Part shown: positions 28,208 to 31,767 of the stretch, in pieces | How positions within the stretch are numbered: the first letter of the stretch is position 1 | Layout of the letters: every line of letters begins with the position of its first letter | Assembly (NCBI GenBank): GCA_046598695.1 | Contig: JBKJHR010000118.1 | Span: forward strand, 1-31,767 | Length of the DNA: 31,767 bases | Direction: 5' to 3' | Source of the DNA: Candidatus Kapaibacterium sp. | GTDB lineage: Bacteria > Bacteroidota > Ignavibacteria > Palsa-1295 | Made by a program: the position numbers and the translations under genes | The notes under the pieces: model-generated | The model's input: the letters and a program-made list of their open reading frames with translations, nothing else | Told to the model about the DNA's origin: nothing | Databases searched by the model: none

Positions 28208-28398
28208 AGGATAATCGCGTAGTATTATGAATAGTAGCAATCAAAATGTCGTATTTTCGTACTCAGTTCCATGTGTCTCAATACGTTTTGAGTGCCGGAG
28301 CTTCGTCGCACTGCCTTCACGCCTCTTGTATCTCCCTTTTGTGCCGGCACTGTCACGTTCATTTTTTTACACGTATTTAATTTACTAACACAACAACA

Positions 28399-29130
28399 AT
28401 GAAACGTTCTTATTCTTTTTTAGCGACGGCTGCACTCTGTGGTCTCTTGCTGAGTTCATGTGGAAAAAAAACCGATGCTGCGGCTGGTGGTGATTCATCG
28501 AAGAGTACTTCGACTACATCGACATCCGCTTCTTCTAATGCTCCTGCTGGAGCAAAATTGACCGTGAAGGCGGCTATCGCAGAAGGCACAATGGAATATA
28601 TGGGACAGAAAGTCCAGATGAAACTGTATTTTGATGATTACGGTACCAAGAGCGCAACCGAAACCTCGGGTGAGATGATGGGGCAGAAGATGCACCAGAT
28701 GAACATCACCAAAGATGGTTACGCATGGCAGCTTGATCTTGATAAGAAGACCGGATCGAAGCACAAGGCAAGCGGCAAAGAGAACTTTGACTTTGCGCAC
28801 ATGTCTGCTGAAGAGATGAAGGCTCAAGGTATTTCTGAATCTGGCAATGAAACACTTAATGGCAAGGAATGCAAAGTATATACGATCGACCCTGCTGCAA
28901 ATACAAAGCAGCCCGCACCAAAAGGCGCAGGAGATATGAAGGGTAAAGCATGGGTATGGAATGGCATCCCGATCAAAGTCGAGATGGGCACAATGATGAA
29001 GATGGAAATGACGAAGATCGAAGAGTCAACACCTCCATCATCCATCTTTGATGTACCTGCTGATATAAAGGTAACAGATATGGCGGATATGCCACAAGGC
29101 GGTGTGCAAACTGCTCCTACAGAAAAGTAA
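28399..29130 (+). CDS. Lipoprotein, possibly DUF4412/LolA-like fold
   Basis: Lipobox LLSSC, Ser/Thr linker, GNETLNGKECKVY...KAWVWNGIPIK...SIFDVPAD pattern. Confidence 0.75.
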   Translation: MKRSYSFLATAALCGLLLSSCGKKTDAAAGGDSSKSTSTTSTSASSNAPAGAKLTVKAAIAEGTMEYMGQKVQMKLYFDDYGTKSATETSGEMMGQKMHQMNITKDGYAWQLDLDKKTGSKHKASGKENFDFAHMSAEEMKAQGISESGNETLNGKECKVYTIDPAANTKQPAPKGAGDMKGKAWVWNGIPIKVEMGTMMKMEMTKIEESTPPSSIFDVPADIKVTDMADMPQGGVQTAPTEK

Positions 29131-29142
29131 TCTGTTGTTTAC

Positions 29143-29173
29143 TTGAGGGGCAACGCCAGCCGTTGCCCCTCAA
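29143..29173 (+). terminator. Intrinsic terminator
   Basis: ttgaggggcaacg-ccagc-cgttgcccctcaa followed by agtttt. Confidence 0.75.
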
Positions 29174-29228
29174 AGTTTTAGCCTGTTGATCTGTCCTTCC
29201 TTCCACTATCATTTCCAATGAGGTACAT

Positions 29229-29258
29229 AAAAAAAGCCCCGAACAATGTCGAGGCTTT
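29229..29258 (-). terminator. Intrinsic terminator for the T9SS protein gene
   Basis: Minus strand aaagcctcgac-attgt-tcggggcttttttt. Confidence 0.7.
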
Positions 29259-29278
29259 GATAAATACATGTACTTTCC

Positions 29279-31411
29279 TTATTTCAACTTTAACATCATT
29301 GCAGCTTTGGGCATCTTCCAAATGAGAGCGCCAGTCTCAGCGTCATGTGCAATAATGGAATAATAGAATGACCCAGCAGCACCAAGCTCTGATGAACGAA
29401 CCGAGACGCGGTGCAATCCGGCATCGAGTAATGAAGCCTTCATCGGAGTGGAGATCGTTCTTCCAAGCATATCATAGACTTCAACATCAACGATAGCTCT
29501 GACAGGCGATGAGAAAGTGATAGATGTTTGGTCTTGGAATGGGTTTGGTGAATTTGGATCAACGCTCCATGAAGCAGCGTCGCTAGCATCACCAACTTCG
29601 ATAGATTTAATATCATGCGTTGTATGCGAGCCGTCAAGTGCAAAATCAACGAGGCGATATTCATAGAAACCAGCTTTTCCTGGAATATCAAGATAGCTGT
29701 AGCTACGCTGAATGTTAGAATTTATTGTGCCGCGAAGATCAGCAGTATTGCGATAGCTTGCAACAACTTCAAATGCATTATCGGAATTTGGTTCGGAGAT
29801 CGCACGACGTTCGATCTCGAAGCCTGCATTGTCTTTTTCTGTCGCTGTCTTCCAATCAATGCTAACTGCATTTCCGCTATGCTTCTTCAGTGTGAATGAT
29901 GATAGTTCGATAGGTAATGTACCATTTGCGAATACGAGCTGTGCATAGACATCATATCCTGATGTTGCCCCTCTTTCATCACGCCAAGCGAGTATGGCTC
30001 CACTACTGCGCGGAGCAATAGCAAGCTGATCTTTTATGCCACCCGTTGCAGAAATAGAAACAGGCAACCCCCAACGTGATGTGGAGGCTGAATTACTTGG
30101 CCATAGTTTTCGGACGGGGGTTGTATCAACAACTTGTGCGTAGATGGAAGTCTGTGTTCCACCAGCACGAGCATCTACCCACGCCAAGAGCATTCCGTTG
30201 TATAGCTTTACTCCGACAGGTGCTGATTGATCGTACGCTAAATTACACACAGGGTAGATCGTATTTGGAGAAGGAGATATTGCATTGCCGTCCCCACCAA
30301 TTCTAGTAACTCCTATATCTCTCGTACCTGCGTAGCTTTCATAAGCAACAAGTACACCCGAGGGAGAGCCGGGAGCGTTATCGGAGAATGCGATAGCATG
30401 AGTTTGATCTCCCGCAGCTAAAGCGGTCGGATTGTTTGGACTGGCCCATCTCTTTGACCCATCATTTCCCATTCGCATCACCATGACCTCAATTCCTTGC
30501 GATGAGCTTATTTGTGGCTCTTCCCATGCGACGATCAAGTCGGTGCCGTCACGGGTAATGACGGGATTTGCAGCATTCTTTGTGTAATAATCAGCTTTAT
30601 TTATGACAACACCATATCCCTGAGTACCCCAAAGCACTGTGCCGGAAGAGCTGATTCTTGTGCCATATATTGAAATGGGTGTGCCGCCAAAATTCGTTGT
30701 CCAAACCAGAAAGCACCCACCTTGCCCGTCATTACAAAGGCGAACATTTTTTTGATCAGCACCTTGTGTAATAACAGCTGTTGCATACTGACCCCATGTG
30801 ATCCCACTCGGGGTGAGCCTATTCATATAGATATCAGGGATGGATGAGGAAGGGCTAATTGTTGAGCGATAATCTTCCCATGCGACGTAAGCATTGCCTG
30901 ACCCATCTTCACAGATAGCGGCATTGATCTGATCTTGTTTTAACGTATCACATAGCAAAATTCCACCTGCTTTGTAACCAAGTGTCCCATCCGCAAGAAT
31001 ACGTTGAGCGTAGAGTTTCGTGGCATATTTTGTGCTCCAACGTTTATCTTCCCACACGACGTATGCCCCACCATTGCCATCTGTGCAGATCTGTGCTTTT
31101 TGTGCGCTATTGTTTCCTTTTGGTGCGGCAGCAGTGCCGTTACTTAACAATACACCATCGGATGTCCATTTCGTATAGCCATTCTTATCAATACGTTGTG
31201 CATAGAGATCCCAAATGCCGGAGGCTCTGCGGTAATCCTCCCAAATAATGATGGCTCCATCATCGCCATCAGAAATCATCTTGATATTCTGTTGCGTGCC
31301 ACTTGCTTTGCATATCGGAGTGTTTTTTGTAGAATCCGAGAGCCATTGCGCGTTAGCGACAAGAGGTAATGCTAGCGCTATGAAAAGCGAGATGAATAGT
31401 TTTTTAGACAT
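29279..31411 (-). CDS. Secreted repeat (probable beta-propeller) protein with T9SS C-terminal domain
   Basis: Signal peptide; about 8 repeats of the form W(E/D)D.R....IYAQR...G; LPIELSSF Ig-like module; PNSPNPFQDQTSITF...VYDMLGR C-terminal domain. Confidence 0.88.
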   Translation of the reverse strand: MSKKLFISLFIALALPLVANAQWLSDSTKNTPICKASGTQQNIKMISDGDDGAIIIWEDYRRASGIWDLYAQRIDKNGYTKWTSDGVLLSNGTAAAPKGNNSAQKAQICTDGNGGAYVVWEDKRWSTKYATKLYAQRILADGTLGYKAGGILLCDTLKQDQINAAICEDGSGNAYVAWEDYRSTISPSSSIPDIYMNRLTPSGITWGQYATAVITQGADQKNVRLCNDGQGGCFLVWTTNFGGTPISIYGTRISSSGTVLWGTQGYGVVINKADYYTKNAANPVITRDGTDLIVAWEEPQISSSQGIEVMVMRMGNDGSKRWASPNNPTALAAGDQTHAIAFSDNAPGSPSGVLVAYESYAGTRDIGVTRIGGDGNAISPSPNTIYPVCNLAYDQSAPVGVKLYNGMLLAWVDARAGGTQTSIYAQVVDTTPVRKLWPSNSASTSRWGLPVSISATGGIKDQLAIAPRSSGAILAWRDERGATSGYDVYAQLVFANGTLPIELSSFTLKKHSGNAVSIDWKTATEKDNAGFEIERRAISEPNSDNAFEVVASYRNTADLRGTINSNIQRSYSYLDIPGKAGFYEYRLVDFALDGSHTTHDIKSIEVGDASDAASWSVDPNSPNPFQDQTSITFSSPVRAIVDVEVYDMLGRTISTPMKASLLDAGLHRVSVRSSELGAAGSFYYSIIAHDAETGALIWKMPKAAMMLKLK

Positions 31412-31568
31412 AAAAATTCTTTGTACAACACAAACAAGAAAAAAACCGTCCTTCTTTTAGTACAGGAAAGACGCTACGGGGGATAGAATCACGCTACTGT
31501 TAAGTCGTATTATGTATAATTGCAACATTCGTGCCATCAAAGTTGTTTCAGGTCTTCCTTCTATATAT

Positions 31569-31650
31569 GCCGGAGTGGCGAAATTGGCAGACGCGCCAGA
31601 CTTAGGATCTGGTATGGTGACATGTGCAGGTTCAAGTCCTGTCTCCGGCA
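31569..31650 (+). tRNA. tRNA-Leu (anticodon TAG)
   Basis: Acceptor gccggag/ctccggc+a; D-arm tggcgaaattggcagacgcg; anticodon arm ccaga-cttagga-tctgg; long variable arm; T-loop ggttcaagtcc; CCA not encoded. Confidence 0.97.
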
Positions 31651-31767
31651 CTCAAAAACAGCGATTTTAACATTATTTTACAGGATTACTGGAGTGGAAA
31701 CTAATGTTAAAATCGCTGTTTTTGAGTGCCGGAGACAGGACTTGAACCTGCACATGTCACCATACCA
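31610..31767. repeat. Perfect 66-bp inverted repeat (tRNA 3' half plus 25-nt trailer) with 26-nt spacer, cut by the window end
   Basis: 31610-31675 is the exact reverse complement of 31702-31767; spacer ttttacaggattactggagtggaaac. Confidence 0.95.

Noticed and set aside
28291-28351. Riboswitch in the leader of the 28399 lipoprotein
   Set aside because: Only an 8-bp closing stem is visible and it matches no riboswitch consensus I recognise; an Rfam search would settle it
31457-31651. 64-aa minus-strand ORF (MPETGLEPAHVT...)
   Set aside because: It is the antisense reading of the tRNA-Leu gene
1-31767. Prophage, IS, integron or defence island
   Set aside because: No integrase, transposase, phage structural, restriction-modification or cas gene is recognisable among the supported ORFs

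Overview
About 31.8 kb of bacterial chromosome, read by eye with the ORF track. Two type IX secretion (T9SS)-type C-terminal domains, TAnnTTTG-like promoter boxes, a fused 2-oxoacid E1 and many lipoproteins point to Bacteroidota sensu lato (Kapabacteria/Ignavibacteria-like; inference). Left to right: a truncated Kelch/Omp28-like/T9SS protein; TonB-dependent receptor plus TetR; an orphan SigR/SigH-like ECF sigma; a membrane Fe-S oxidoreductase; DUF1801, a minimal kinase and a YciI-like gene; msrB, a Kir-type K+ channel, a second msrB and an M42 peptidase; beta-carbonic anhydrase plus fused E1; a secreted trypsin-like protease followed by a free-standing copy of its own N-terminal domain and two lipoproteins; porin-pstSCAB-phoU; REP-like palindromes; EamA; lipoproteins; a T9SS beta-propeller protein; and tRNA-Leu(TAG) ending in a perfect 66-bp inverted repeat at the window edge. 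No integrase, transposase, phage gene or CRISPR array was seen. Best leads: (1) an identical GAAAC-N15-CCGTTAT motif before three successive stress genes, suggesting an ECF regulon; (2) the protease/stand-alone pro-domain pair; (3) a repeated linear motif in a long PstC insert; (4) the tRNA fold-back, which may be an artefact. Family assignments come from recognised motifs, not database searches.
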